Assembly (NCBI GenBank): GCA_041658255.1
Contig: JBBAAQ010000006.1
Location: forward strand, 1,005-65,004
Length of the DNA: 64,000 bases
From: Candidatus Woesearchaeota archaeon
Lineage (GTDB): Archaea; Nanobdellota; Nanobdellia; Woesearchaeales; UBA9642
Direction: 5' to 3'
Below are positions 9,331 through 18,917 of the stretch, piece by piece. How positions within the stretch are numbered: position 1 is the first letter of the stretch; each line of letters opens with the position of its first letter. Made by a program: the position numbers and the translations under genes. Below the pieces are notes generated by a model. The model had not been told where the DNA came from and did not search any database. It saw only the letters and a program-made list of their open reading frames with translations.

Positions 9331-10464
9331 TTATTCTCCACGTATTTCGTATCGTAATATCGCTGCGATCTTTCCAATCTCTTTTAATTGTACGCCTTCA
9401 CGGGTTTCTGTACTGATGATTGCAATAGTGGTATTCATCTTTTCTGCTTCTCCACTAAATAAGTCCATTGTTTCGTCGTCAAGACTTTCTGAGAGGAGGA
9501 GTGTATCGACTGCGCCGAATTGGATGCGTTTCATGACTTCATCACGACCATATGCTGCTTTGTTCGGTGTTTTTCCTAAGGTGTCAAAGAATTTTTGCAT
9601 GATTTTTTTCTCTTCCGCAATCTCTTCATTTGCAAGAACATCATCACATTTATCGACAAGTTCCTGAAGTCCGAATTCATCTGTATACGTAATATCTTTG
9701 ATTGCAATGATCTTTTTCTTGACTTCATTCGTGATATGATTTCCATCGACAAATTCGTACTTGGTCGGTCCCGGACCTCCGACAATGATTCCTTTTAATT
9801 CTTCCATCATCAAGAATTGATTCTTCATGATGTCGCCGATTTTGCGATAGAATTCTTTGGCAGCAAGTTCACGATTCTGTGCAAAACGCATCGCCGATTG
9901 TCCACCTGCACGCATTTTACCCGGGACCATGGAATCTTCTTTGACAAGTGGAACAATGGTTTTACCTTTAAGAATTGCGATTGTAGCTTCGCGTTTATCC
10001 ATAACGACAAGACCGTAGAGTGTCTTATCCATTGCCATCTCCATTAATGGTTCGAGAATAAATTCTTTATCACAGCGATAAATTCTGATATTGATCGGAA
10101 GTGGCGGTTCAATGGACCAGACGCGATAATCCTGTTGGCCTTCACGTTCAGCAACATTGCCTGCAAATGCGACAAGACCATTGGGTGGTGTTCGTTTAAT
10201 AAGTTTGAGATGTTGAGTCATCTTTTCGAGCGCAGCAATGACATTATCACGAGTACCCTTGCTTTTAATATTAGTCGCTGTTCCTTGTTCCTGCTGCAAT
10301 TGATTGATGACTCCGTTAAGATCATATCCTTGAGGGACATAGACCGTGACGAGTTCTGTATGTCTGCCTTTGAAGTTTTCTAATTCTTTCACAAAGTGTT
10401 TCAATTTTTGCCGTTGTTGCGGTAAAATTTTTCCCTTTCCTTCGCCTGTTTTTGTCATGGCCAT
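9331..10464 (-). CDS. prf1: peptide chain release factor aRF1
   Basis: NIKS motif (TATNIKSK) and GGQ motif (RAGGQSAMRF). Confidence 0.92.
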   Translation of the reverse strand: MAMTKTGEGKGKILPQQRQKLKHFVKELENFKGRHTELVTVYVPQGYDLNGVINQLQQEQGTATNIKSKGTRDNVIAALEKMTQHLKLIKRTPPNGLVAFAGNVAEREGQQDYRVWSIEPPLPINIRIYRCDKEFILEPLMEMAMDKTLYGLVVMDKREATIAILKGKTIVPLVKEDSMVPGKMRAGGQSAMRFAQNRELAAKEFYRKIGDIMKNQFLMMEELKGIIVGGPGPTKYEFVDGNHITNEVKKKIIAIKDITYTDEFGLQELVDKCDDVLANEEIAEEKKIMQKFFDTLGKTPNKAAYGRDEVMKRIQFGAVDTLLLSESLDDETMDLFSGEAEKMNTTIAIISTETREGVQLKEIGKIAAILRYEIRGE

Positions 10465-10511
10465 GATAAGAAAAATGATAAGAGCTTTTTAAATGTGCTC
10501 TTCACGTGGTG

Positions 10512-10886
10512 CTATTCAAATCCGAGATAGTCACAATTGGTGACGCACGTAACATCAGATGTTTGACCATCAATCTTGAGAAGTATGCGATGGATTGCTT
10601 GTGTTTCCCTGTTCGTAAATAATACTGTGGAATACCACGTGCCGTTTTCTAAATAGACATTGACACGGGTATATTGATCCGTTTTTGCGATAGCGACTGC
10701 ATTACCAAAATTATCTGCAGCACGTCCTGCATCATACGCAGTCACTTGCACGCGTGGATACGTGGGGCATAGCTCCTGATTTTTTTGCGTCGTGTTGTCA
10801 TAACACACATATTTAGTCGAACAGCCTGCAATGAATACTCCTACAAGAAGGACAAGAATGAATCCTGCAGTATAACTTAACTTCAT
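10512..10886 (-). CDS. putative secreted/lipid-anchored protein
   Basis: Signal-like N-terminus MKLSYTAGFILVLLVGVFIAGCS (lipobox-like). ATG at 10886 is preceded by ctttataaaaa. Confidence 0.5.
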   Translation of the reverse strand: MKLSYTAGFILVLLVGVFIAGCSTKYVCYDNTTQKNQELCPTYPRVQVTAYDAGRAADNFGNAVAIAKTDQYTRVNVYLENGTWYSTVLFTNRETQAIHRILLKIDGQTSDVTCVTNCDYLGFE

Positions 10887-11013
10887 ATGATCTATAAGAA
10901 TCTTATTTTTTATAAAGTTAGCGGTTGGATGTGTTTCTTCTGAAAAATGATTGCCATCAATGTGCACGCATCTTCAAGAGATAATTTTAGAAAAATTCAT
11001 AGGATTGCATCGA

Positions 11014-11057
11014 GAAAATCAGAGATTTTCGAGATGTCTCAAAAATCATAGATTTTT
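11014..11057. repeat. two related palindromes GAAAATC-N3-GATTTTC (11014-11030) and AAAAATC-N3-GATTTTT (11041-11057)
   Basis: Read directly from the sequence. The same half-sites terminate the GC-rich palindrome at 26984-27041. Confidence 0.6.
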
Positions 11058-11171
11058 TCAACAAGTGATGAATTTTTTTTAGACAAAATATCAAAATGCG
11101 TGCGATGGCAAAGCGAAGCGAATTTTTGGATGAAGTCAGTTGGTCATGCAAACTATTTTTCCAATAAATGT

Positions 11172-11215
11172 TTCTATCCACAATAGAAGATAGTTTCTAT
11201 TCACAGTAGAAACTA
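11172..11215. promoter_or_regulatory. two adjacent palindromes sharing a TTCTA/TAGAA core, upstream of the cupredoxin-like gene
   Basis: ttctat-N5-atagaa (11172-11188) and tagtttcta-N7-tagaaacta (11191-11215). A TATA-like tttataaat lies about 35 nt further on, with the ATG at 11273. Confidence 0.4.
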
Positions 11216-11272
11216 TTATATGTCTTCCGATTTATCCTCCCCAAAATTTATAAATCATCCATTTCTCTTTAG

Positions 11273-11686
11273 ATGATGAAACCCATTATTACAATCAGTA
11301 TTATCATCATCGCGGCGCTCGCCATTATCGGAGGAGTCTTTGCATTGGTTTTCATGCGTGATAAGGGGCCTACTCCGCCGGGCACAGGTAATGGTGATAC
11401 TATAAACACTCCGCCAACTCCGGGTGATATGCAGAAAATAATCCTCTCCATGAAGAATTATAATTATTATCCGCAGACAATTACGGTAAAGCAAGGAATT
11501 CCGGTGCGATTGACGCTTGATTCAACAGTTGCGGGTTGTTATCGTTCGTTTCAAATCCCTGCACTCGGTGTCAATAGTTATTCTAAGAACCCTGCAGAAA
11601 CTGTAGATTTCACACCAACAACGAAAGGAACATTCAAATTCCAATGCAGTATGGGAATGGGGTATGGGACGATAATTGTGGAATAA
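11273..11686 (+). CDS. membrane-anchored cupredoxin-like domain protein
   Basis: N-terminal TM and a C-terminal motif FKFQCSMGMGYGTIIV, resembling the Cupredoxin_1-type domain as recalled. Confidence 0.5.
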   Translation: MMKPIITISIIIIAALAIIGGVFALVFMRDKGPTPPGTGNGDTINTPPTPGDMQKIILSMKNYNYYPQTITVKQGIPVRLTLDSTVAGCYRSFQIPALGVNSYSKNPAETVDFTPTTKGTFKFQCSMGMGYGTIIVE

Positions 11687-11702
11687 GTAGAAAATTGCGT
11701 AT

Positions 11703-12083
11703 TTAATCTGTTAAATATTTTCTTATACACATCGCGTATACTTGGCGTCGTGTTCCCATTTCTGAAAGTTTGGTTTCGAGATTAAGATCTTGTGCTATGG
11801 CATGAATTTTATCTGTTATTGAATATTCTCCATAGATGAGAATTACAGGAATGCCCGCTTTTGTTGCTTTTTCAATGGATTGAATGCAACATTTATATGC
11901 ATCAGCAGTATGTGGATATGTGATAATAAGTTGGTATGTATCTATCGGTGAAGGTGGTTTAGCTAAACAATGTGTAATATCCATCTCAAATATTAATGGT
12001 GCAAGATCTCCTTGTACTATATCGCGATAGGAATCAAGTGCACTTAATGATAATGATTTATCCTGCAATAATATTCTTTTCAT
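11703..12083 (-). CDS. hypothetical protein
   Basis: Non-overlapped ORF with ATG at 12083. Confidence 0.45.
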   Translation of the reverse strand: MKRILLQDKSLSLSALDSYRDIVQGDLAPLIFEMDITHCLAKPPSPIDTYQLIITYPHTADAYKCCIQSIEKATKAGIPVILIYGEYSITDKIHAIAQDLNLETKLSEMGTRRQVYAMCIRKYLTD

Positions 12084-12233
12084 AACCACTGGTGAGTGTA
12101 AACACTTTATAAATTTTGTGTTGAAAAATATTCTTCTAAAAAATAACTACTTTTATAAATCTCCTCCTTCATAAATGAGTAATTCGGTTTTTTGGGTGAT
12201 GATGTGGCTAATTCGAATAAACAGTATTCAACA

Positions 12234-15200
12234 ATGAGTATTGCACTTGTTGCAATCATTGCAATTGTTCTTATTACACTGATAGTGTCTTTCTCTCATC
12301 CTCTTAAGATATCGTCTTCTTCAATTTCACAAGATCGCGTGGGTGCAGTCACTGCACTGTATGACGATAATGATATCGGAGGAGGTTATGATGGTAAAGG
12401 AAGGACAAGCAGTCCACCTACAGCAATTAAATCACTTGCAGACTGTAGACCGTACGGCATCTGTGATGTTAATGATGATGGTATATTGGACAGTGCAGAT
12501 ATTGAACTTATTCTTGATTCGCTCATTAATGAAAGCAATGCATGTAGTGGAAATAAAAAAGCAGTATGCGATCTCAACCGTGATGGACAAGTGACAGTTG
12601 CAGATCTCGAATTATTGTCTGCAGTACTTCCCTCTGCAAAAGATATGACGCTCTACCAAGACAAGGAAGTATTCATCATTTCAAGCCGCGACTGGCGATC
12701 AATAGTATCGCTGGTACCCGTAACAACGTGGACAGGCAATGAGTCCTGTAGACGAATCCCGAATGCGCCGAACACGACTTGCGCATATCCTACACTTATT
12801 CTCTATGATGAAACAACATCCACAAATACTACTGGACCATTTGATGCAGATACCATTATTTATTTCCTTCAGCAATATCATCCATCAAAAGTCACGCTTG
12901 TCGGTCCCACACCGCAATCATTCGATAATCTTCTTATTGCGCAAGCACCAACAGGCGCCGGGATCACCGCAAACCAGATTAAACGAATCAATGTGACTGA
13001 TTATCTTGCCTACTGGGCAAACGCTCCGGTCATTGTGTATGCAAAGAATGATTATGCGCATGCACTTGTGGCATCAAGCTATGCTGCACTTATTGATGAA
13101 CCATTGATCATCCAGGGCGGGCCACTTGATAATCCATTATTCTTCGTCGGGAAAATGGTTGCATGCGTCGGCATCACTGATTCACGCTGTACTGAAAATT
13201 ATACGATTGAATCATTACAACAACTCTATATCAAATTCACCGGCACTGATAAGATTATACTTATCAATCCTGATGACTTAACTATTGCAAAGAGCCAATC
13301 ATTCAAGCCATCAACAAGCAGTACATCACTGACAAAGGTATTTACGAAAAATTCGCTTGCTGCGCCATTCCTTGCAGCAGCAAAACAGGAATTAATTTTA
13401 CCGATTAACTCGACAGATTATCGTGTCATTAGTAATGCTATCAAAAAATTGGTCAGATTCAATATGTATGATGTGAATGGAAAAATGTATATGTATAATA
13501 ATGGTGCAGGATTATTAAGAGACCTGAACAATACGCAGCAAATAGCATTATACCAATTAAATGTATCTACATATGGGAAAAAAATACCTGCGAGAGCAGC
13601 ATTAGGAGACAAAATTTATGATGACGAAAAGCCTATTGCATTTTGGTATTATGGTACTCCTCTGATATTACACAATGATAGTATTATGTGGTCCGAGGGC
13701 GCCCATCGTTTAATGCGTTATAATCCTACCACTACTGAAACAACCATCCTTAAGGCAAGCGATGATTATGATGCTTCTATTGGTCCAATTACTCCAGACT
13801 ATTATTCAAGCATGATTGCGTATTATACTATAGGATATGTACCCAACTATAACTACACTGTTTACGTCTATGATACGGGTATTTCTAATGCATCTTTGGC
13901 ACGAAAAGCAATCACGTCATTTATACGATCAGACTATACCTATAACTTTCAACAATATGTTGATATTTCAAATAAAGTACTCGCATGGATGCAACCCATT
14001 ACGGGCAGTAAGACTGTTTGTGACATTTATACTTATGATCTTAATTTACCTAATCCCGTAAAACAATATGAACTTACTACTGCATGCGGCGCAGTTTTAA
14101 TTTATGGTAATAAACTTGTATTCAGAAATGCTGCAAGTGAAGTATTCGTCTATGATCGTAATTCTAGAACAAACATCACCATCCCTAATGCAAAACAGTA
14201 TTCAAAAAAAATTGTTGATGGAAAGATGGCAATTATCGGATCTGGTACCCCAACAACAATGTACGATATTTATCTCTATAACCTATTAGATAATACTAAA
14301 GTACTTATCAGGCCAAATATTGTGAATGATAATCTGATTACTAATTATGTAAATGCTCAAAATAGATATAATATTATGCCAACACTGTATAAGGATTACG
14401 TGACTTGGCTTGAATATGATAATGGCGGAAGAACCGGAACATGCGCAAAAAATACTTTACTTAGCTGTACAAGTAATGATGGAGTGAACAATAATGGAAT
14501 TAATGGTGGATGTTCTGTCTCATCTGCAGGCGTAAATAGAGATGTCGGGCCATGTCAACCTCCATTAGTTAATCAATATAGAATATCAACAAAGGATTTG
14601 CTTATTAAAATAGACACCGGTATCCGTCCAAATCCTCCGCCTCCTCCGTATAGTCCGGGTATTGTTCCACGGCATGGAATTGCAAGTCAACCGATTTCTG
14701 ACGGAAAGAATTTCTATTATCAATTAAATCGCAATAATAATTATTATGTGAATGGCTACCTGACTATTATCGCTGCGCCAAATGCAATTCCCTCACAGGA
14801 ATATTTCGATCTTTTGCCGCCGTATGATAATGCACGTGCACTCGACCAGACAGAATATGCAGATGTGTTCCTTAACGATCGTTATCCGGATTTAGCGACC
14901 GGAAGGATCCAGGGCGCAACAATCAGTGATGTGTCAACATATGTTGCACGCGATTTATTCACGCAGGATATCAAGACCACGAATGCCGTGAAATTCCTTG
15001 CAGGAGGATTCGATTACGGTATCTATCTTGCAAGTAATTGGACAAAATCATTCAAAGATGCAGGATATCCGGTGAGTTGTAATGTGGTACCGACATCTAC
15101 TACAAAAGAAACCCCGGGATGTACACGTGATAATGATACTACAGGTTTTGATGCAAGCTGGTCTCCTGAATTCAAGAATAAACAGATGACAAGTTATTTT

Positions 15201-15557
15201 GGTCATGGTAATGATTATTTTGCAGGAGTCTCTTCATCAAATTTACCTAACCTTGAACCAGCATTGGTATTCAGTGATGCCTGCTCGAATTGCGCAAGCA
15301 CAAATCCACTAACATTCTGCAATATGGCACTTCGAAAGGGCGCACTACTCCATGCAGGAACATTAAGCATCTCTTGGACTGGAACAAAACTTCCCCATGA
15401 CATCATGGAAGGAATGTATAATAAAAATATGACCATGGGGCAGGCTACTGCAATGAATTATGATACCGGAATGTTTAGACATATGTGGACAGTCAATGGT
15501 GATCCGACAATAACGATTCAACCAACGCCACCCGTGGGGATGCTAAAATGGGAATAA
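12234..15557 (+). CDS. large surface protein: N-terminal TM, dockerin-like repeats, repetitive beta-rich middle, C-terminal C25/gingipain-like cysteine peptidase domain
   Basis: Dockerin-like pair DVNDDGILDSADIELIL / DLNRDGQVTVADLELL. Repeated (V/I)Y(V/T/L)YD strands. The C-terminus has LATGRIQG, FGHG and SDACSNC (His/Cys dyad pattern). Confidence 0.55.
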   Translation: MSIALVAIIAIVLITLIVSFSHPLKISSSSISQDRVGAVTALYDDNDIGGGYDGKGRTSSPPTAIKSLADCRPYGICDVNDDGILDSADIELILDSLINESNACSGNKKAVCDLNRDGQVTVADLELLSAVLPSAKDMTLYQDKEVFIISSRDWRSIVSLVPVTTWTGNESCRRIPNAPNTTCAYPTLILYDETTSTNTTGPFDADTIIYFLQQYHPSKVTLVGPTPQSFDNLLIAQAPTGAGITANQIKRINVTDYLAYWANAPVIVYAKNDYAHALVASSYAALIDEPLIIQGGPLDNPLFFVGKMVACVGITDSRCTENYTIESLQQLYIKFTGTDKIILINPDDLTIAKSQSFKPSTSSTSLTKVFTKNSLAAPFLAAAKQELILPINSTDYRVISNAIKKLVRFNMYDVNGKMYMYNNGAGLLRDLNNTQQIALYQLNVSTYGKKIPARAALGDKIYDDEKPIAFWYYGTPLILHNDSIMWSEGAHRLMRYNPTTTETTILKASDDYDASIGPITPDYYSSMIAYYTIGYVPNYNYTVYVYDTGISNASLARKAITSFIRSDYTYNFQQYVDISNKVLAWMQPITGSKTVCDIYTYDLNLPNPVKQYELTTACGAVLIYGNKLVFRNAASEVFVYDRNSRTNITIPNAKQYSKKIVDGKMAIIGSGTPTTMYDIYLYNLLDNTKVLIRPNIVNDNLITNYVNAQNRYNIMPTLYKDYVTWLEYDNGGRTGTCAKNTLLSCTSNDGVNNNGINGGCSVSSAGVNRDVGPCQPPLVNQYRISTKDLLIKIDTGIRPNPPPPPYSPGIVPRHGIASQPISDGKNFYYQLNRNNNYYVNGYLTIIAAPNAIPSQEYFDLLPPYDNARALDQTEYADVFLNDRYPDLATGRIQGATISDVSTYVARDLFTQDIKTTNAVKFLAGGFDYGIYLASNWTKSFKDAGYPVSCNVVPTSTTKETPGCTRDNDTTGFDASWSPEFKNKQMTSYFGHGNDYFAGVSSSNLPNLEPALVFSDACSNCASTNPLTFCNMALRKGALLHAGTLSISWTGTKLPHDIMEGMYNKNMTMGQATAMNYDTGMFRHMWTVNGDPTITIQPTPPVGMLKWE

Positions 15558-16417
15558 AACAAATGATAAAAAACAGATCCACCTTACTGGTGATGTTTCT
15601 ATTTGCAATAATTGTAATGAATAGCAGTGTAATGGCATCCACCGGATTAACAATCACTGTCGCAGACACATTCAGACATGGCGACAATATCTCATTTTCC
15701 TATACTATAACAACTGATTCTCCACGATATGAACCCATATGGTATTCGCCGGGAATCTATTGTCAATATACCCACGGTCCAGAAATGAAGGTTGCGGTAA
15801 TTTCAGCAAATATGCCGCTTCAAGAAATCTATACATTCGGATCTGTTGATGATACAGTCATCGCAGAACAATGCAGCGCAGTACTCTTTGTTATCAACAA
15901 GGAGACAAGTCGTATTGAGCAACGAATAACAAAACCATTCACCATAGAAAATACTCCGACTATTCCACTCGAGGTAACATTATGCAGTGATCCTACTTGT
16001 AGTGATACACAATCATCTGCATTCGTTAAAGGTCAAGAAGTATATGTAGGGTATACTACCCGTCCACGAATTCCCTTTGAGGAAATGGATGTTGCCCCTG
16101 TACAACAAATCATTGATGCAGTTAAGGGTGCAATTATCACTTATCCTGGTGGAAATACAAGCAATGTGACCTTACCATATCTATTTACTGCAGAAGTGAG
16201 TGGACCATATCATGTTGAACTTATTGTTGATAAGAAAAGCAGATATCTCTCTTCCACCACGCAGTTTGGAGTCATGGATGCAAAGGCAACAATCATGCCT
16301 GACGAGAAGGTCTTACAAAAACAGGAACAATTCTTGATAAACCTTAAGTATCTTGAAGATTTACGAAGCGGAATAACGCCTCTTAAACCTAAACCACAAT
16401 TGGATTATAGCAAATAA
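15548..16417 (+). CDS. hypothetical secreted protein, overlapping and coupled to the upstream surface protease gene
   Basis: 10-nt overlap with the upstream stop. Signal-like segment MIKNRSTLLVMFLFAIIVMNSSVMA. Confidence 0.5.
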   Translation: MGIKQMIKNRSTLLVMFLFAIIVMNSSVMASTGLTITVADTFRHGDNISFSYTITTDSPRYEPIWYSPGIYCQYTHGPEMKVAVISANMPLQEIYTFGSVDDTVIAEQCSAVLFVINKETSRIEQRITKPFTIENTPTIPLEVTLCSDPTCSDTQSSAFVKGQEVYVGYTTRPRIPFEEMDVAPVQQIIDAVKGAIITYPGGNTSNVTLPYLFTAEVSGPYHVELIVDKKSRYLSSTTQFGVMDAKATIMPDEKVLQKQEQFLINLKYLEDLRSGITPLKPKPQLDYSK

Positions 16418-16502
16418 CATTAATATTCGGATACTGTGATGTTATTTGCTAGATAGTAAATCGCTTTTAGATATACCCGAAAATTAAAGCGATTTACTAT
16501 AG
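16405..16502 (+). repeat. 98-nt twin-hairpin MITE-like element, copy 1
   Basis: 93/98 identical to 23870-23967. Stems of 12 bp (agcaaataacat/atgttatttgct) and 15 bp (atagtaaatcgcttt/aaagcgatttactat). Terminal inverted repeat TTATAGCAAAT...ATTTACTATAG. Confidence 0.75.
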
Positions 16503-16730
16503 TACGAAATATCTGCGTACATAGATACGGTATATAAAAATAGACAACGAGTATCATAATATCGTATTCTACATCACTATTTTAGTTCACGACAATACTA
16601 ACGCGTCATAGCGTGCGCACATAGAATATTTCTTCGTATTCATTTTTCGAGTTATTTCTCATCGCTTTATTTTCTCACAGGTTCGTTAGGTGCTATGAGT
16701 TATTTATGTTGTGAACTGTTACCAATTAAA

Positions 16731-16738
16731 TTTATAAA
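16731..16738 (+). promoter_or_regulatory. TATA box for nop5-flpA
   Basis: tttataaa lies 22-29 nt before the ATG at 16760. Confidence 0.5.
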
Positions 16739-16759
16739 CCTCTCCTCATTTTGAATATC

Positions 16760-17641
16760 ATGCATATCTCTACAATTGTCGGAGTATTTGATACGAACGA
16801 AAAAACTGTAATAACAATGCATACTCCGAGTCATCTGCATACTGCAATGGATTTTGTGCACAGTGCAGCATTCAGCAGAGGAGAAATTAATCCAGTCCTC
16901 CTAAAAGAACTTCGCAAACATATCTATCACGACCAAATTGTTGCAGTTAATATTGCATTAGTCAAAGAGCGCATTGCAGAATCAGTAACTATGGACAACC
17001 ATATTGTGCAGGCAATCAATGCAATTGAAGAAATCACAAAATCAGCAAATACGCTAATAAAGCGTGTTCGTGAATGGTATGGATATTATTTTCCAGAACT
17101 GGAACATCATATTGAAGATAATGAAATATTTGTGCGCCGAATCCTGCAGAAATCTAAAGAAGAGTTTATGCAAGAATTATCCCTGACTGTCTCTATGGGT
17201 CCATCACTTGCGACGCGAGAAGTTGAGATGATTTTTGGTTTTGCTCGCGAAGTTGGTGATCTATTTACTGCACGGCAAAAATTGGTCGCATATCTTGAAG
17301 AAGTCATGGGTGAGTATTGTCCTAATCTTCTTGCAGTCACGGGCGTCCTTATCGGTGCAAAACTTTTCGAAAAAGCAGGGTCTTTGCGAAAATTATCCCT
17401 CCTACCCTCATCGACCATTCAATTATTAGGTGCAGAGAAAGCACTCTTCAGGCATTTACGCAATAAACGCATCAAGCCGCCAAAGCACGGATTCATTCTC
17501 AGTCACCCATTTTTAATGGAATCAAAAGATAAGGGTAAAGCTGCGCGTATCCTTTCGGCAAAAATCAGTATTGCAGTCAAAGTCGATTATTTCAAGGGCG
17601 AATTCATCGGCGATAAATTAAAGGAGAAATTACATATGTAA
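16760..17641 (+). CDS. nop5: C/D box sRNP protein Nop5 (Nop56/58), short form
   Basis: Nop-domain motif GAEKALFRHLRNK...PPKHGFILSHP. Located directly upstream of fibrillarin. Confidence 0.85.
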   Translation: MHISTIVGVFDTNEKTVITMHTPSHLHTAMDFVHSAAFSRGEINPVLLKELRKHIYHDQIVAVNIALVKERIAESVTMDNHIVQAINAIEEITKSANTLIKRVREWYGYYFPELEHHIEDNEIFVRRILQKSKEEFMQELSLTVSMGPSLATREVEMIFGFAREVGDLFTARQKLVAYLEEVMGEYCPNLLAVTGVLIGAKLFEKAGSLRKLSLLPSSTIQLLGAEKALFRHLRNKRIKPPKHGFILSHPFLMESKDKGKAARILSAKISIAVKVDYFKGEFIGDKLKEKLHM

Positions 17642-17672
17642 TTAATGGAGTAATATCACAGAGGAAATATTC

Positions 17673-18347
17673 ATGGATCAATTCAAACATTTCAAAGGTG
17701 TATACGTCCGTGATCGTGGACGGGAAAAACAGTTATTAACAGTAAATTTGACTCCCGGAAAACGTGTCTATGGTGAAGATCTTGTAAAAGACGGCGGTAC
17801 AGAATACCGTGTCTGGGATGTTGAGCGCAGTAAACTTGGCGCTGGACTTGCAAAAGATATTTCACAGATGGGTATCAAAGAAGGCGATTATGTCCTCTAT
17901 CTTGGTGCAAGTACGGGAACGACTGCGAGTCATGTTTCAGATATTGTCGGACCACATGGGCTGGTGTTTGCACTCGATTTTGCTCCACGCGTCCTCCGTG
18001 ATATGGTTTTTGTTGCTGAGGATCGAAAAAATATCGCACCAATACTTGCGGATGCAAATAAACCCGAAACTTATGCGTATCTCATCTCGCAGGTTGATTG
18101 CGTATTTATGGATATTGCACAAAAAAATCAGGTCGAAATATTCTTGAAGAATTGCGACCTCTTCTTAAAATCCGGAGGATTCGGATTACTTGCACTCAAA
18201 GCGCGCAGTGTCGATGTCACACGCCATCCGAAAGATATCTTCCGGGAAGTACGCACAGCACTTGAAAAAGTCATGGTGATCGCCGATTATCGCGAACTTG
18301 CACCATTCGAGATGGATCACGCATTGTATGTATGTAAGAAGAAATGA
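17673..18347 (+). CDS. flpA: fibrillarin, rRNA/tRNA 2'-O-methyltransferase
   Basis: YRVWDVERSKLGA motif and SAM-binding motif VLYLGASTGTTASHVSDIVG. Confidence 0.92.
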   Translation: MDQFKHFKGVYVRDRGREKQLLTVNLTPGKRVYGEDLVKDGGTEYRVWDVERSKLGAGLAKDISQMGIKEGDYVLYLGASTGTTASHVSDIVGPHGLVFALDFAPRVLRDMVFVAEDRKNIAPILADANKPETYAYLISQVDCVFMDIAQKNQVEIFLKNCDLFLKSGGFGLLALKARSVDVTRHPKDIFREVRTALEKVMVIADYRELAPFEMDHALYVCKKK

Positions 18348-18357
18348 ATGTTAGCCA

Positions 18358-18804
18358 TTATCGATATGTTTCTACAGTAGTAATATGGCACCCGTAGGGC
18401 AAGTCACCTTCAGCAATAATCTCTTTTGTTCCGTGAGGGCATGTCGTTTGGTTTATCGCAACAATAAATACGTAATTTTTGAACGGTTGTAATTTAAATC
18501 GCAATCTACTATTTTCCAAATCTCCACGTTTAGTGACTCTTGAGAAATCCATACCTTGCGTTTGTAATTGTTCCTTGCTTGTTTTGCCGATGATATAGAG
18601 TTTGTCTTCTTCGATAAACACCGGTTCACACGCATTGTATGTTCGATGCGGTTTTTGATGAGTCAATTCATAACAATCTATAGTAAAATCGAGAAAACGT
18701 TCAGATAGTAGAGGACCAAATTTGATTGTGTATGTTTTGATTGCCTCTTCGATTGTTGCACTAATCTTTCTTCGAGTGTCTGTTTCGTTATTGTTTGCGT
18801 GCAT
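18358..18804 (-). CDS. hypothetical protein
   Basis: Non-overlapped ORF with an ATG start. Confidence 0.45.
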   Translation of the reverse strand: MHANNNETDTRRKISATIEEAIKTYTIKFGPLLSERFLDFTIDCYELTHQKPHRTYNACEPVFIEEDKLYIIGKTSKEQLQTQGMDFSRVTKRGDLENSRLRFKLQPFKNYVFIVAINQTTCPHGTKEIIAEGDLPYGCHITTVETYR

Positions 18805-18917
18805 AGTCTCAGTCGTTATGTGTGGTCATAGTGGTTTCTTATTTTAGAGTGGAACATATATGATTATATAAATCTTTTTGTCACAATCCTTATAAATTCT
18901 TCCCGTATTCTCTAGTT

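Noticed and set aside
10987-11181. 64-aa minus-strand ORF in the gap upstream of the cupredoxin gene
   Set aside because: It runs through the palindrome-rich non-coding gap, is low complexity, and shows no start context or motif.
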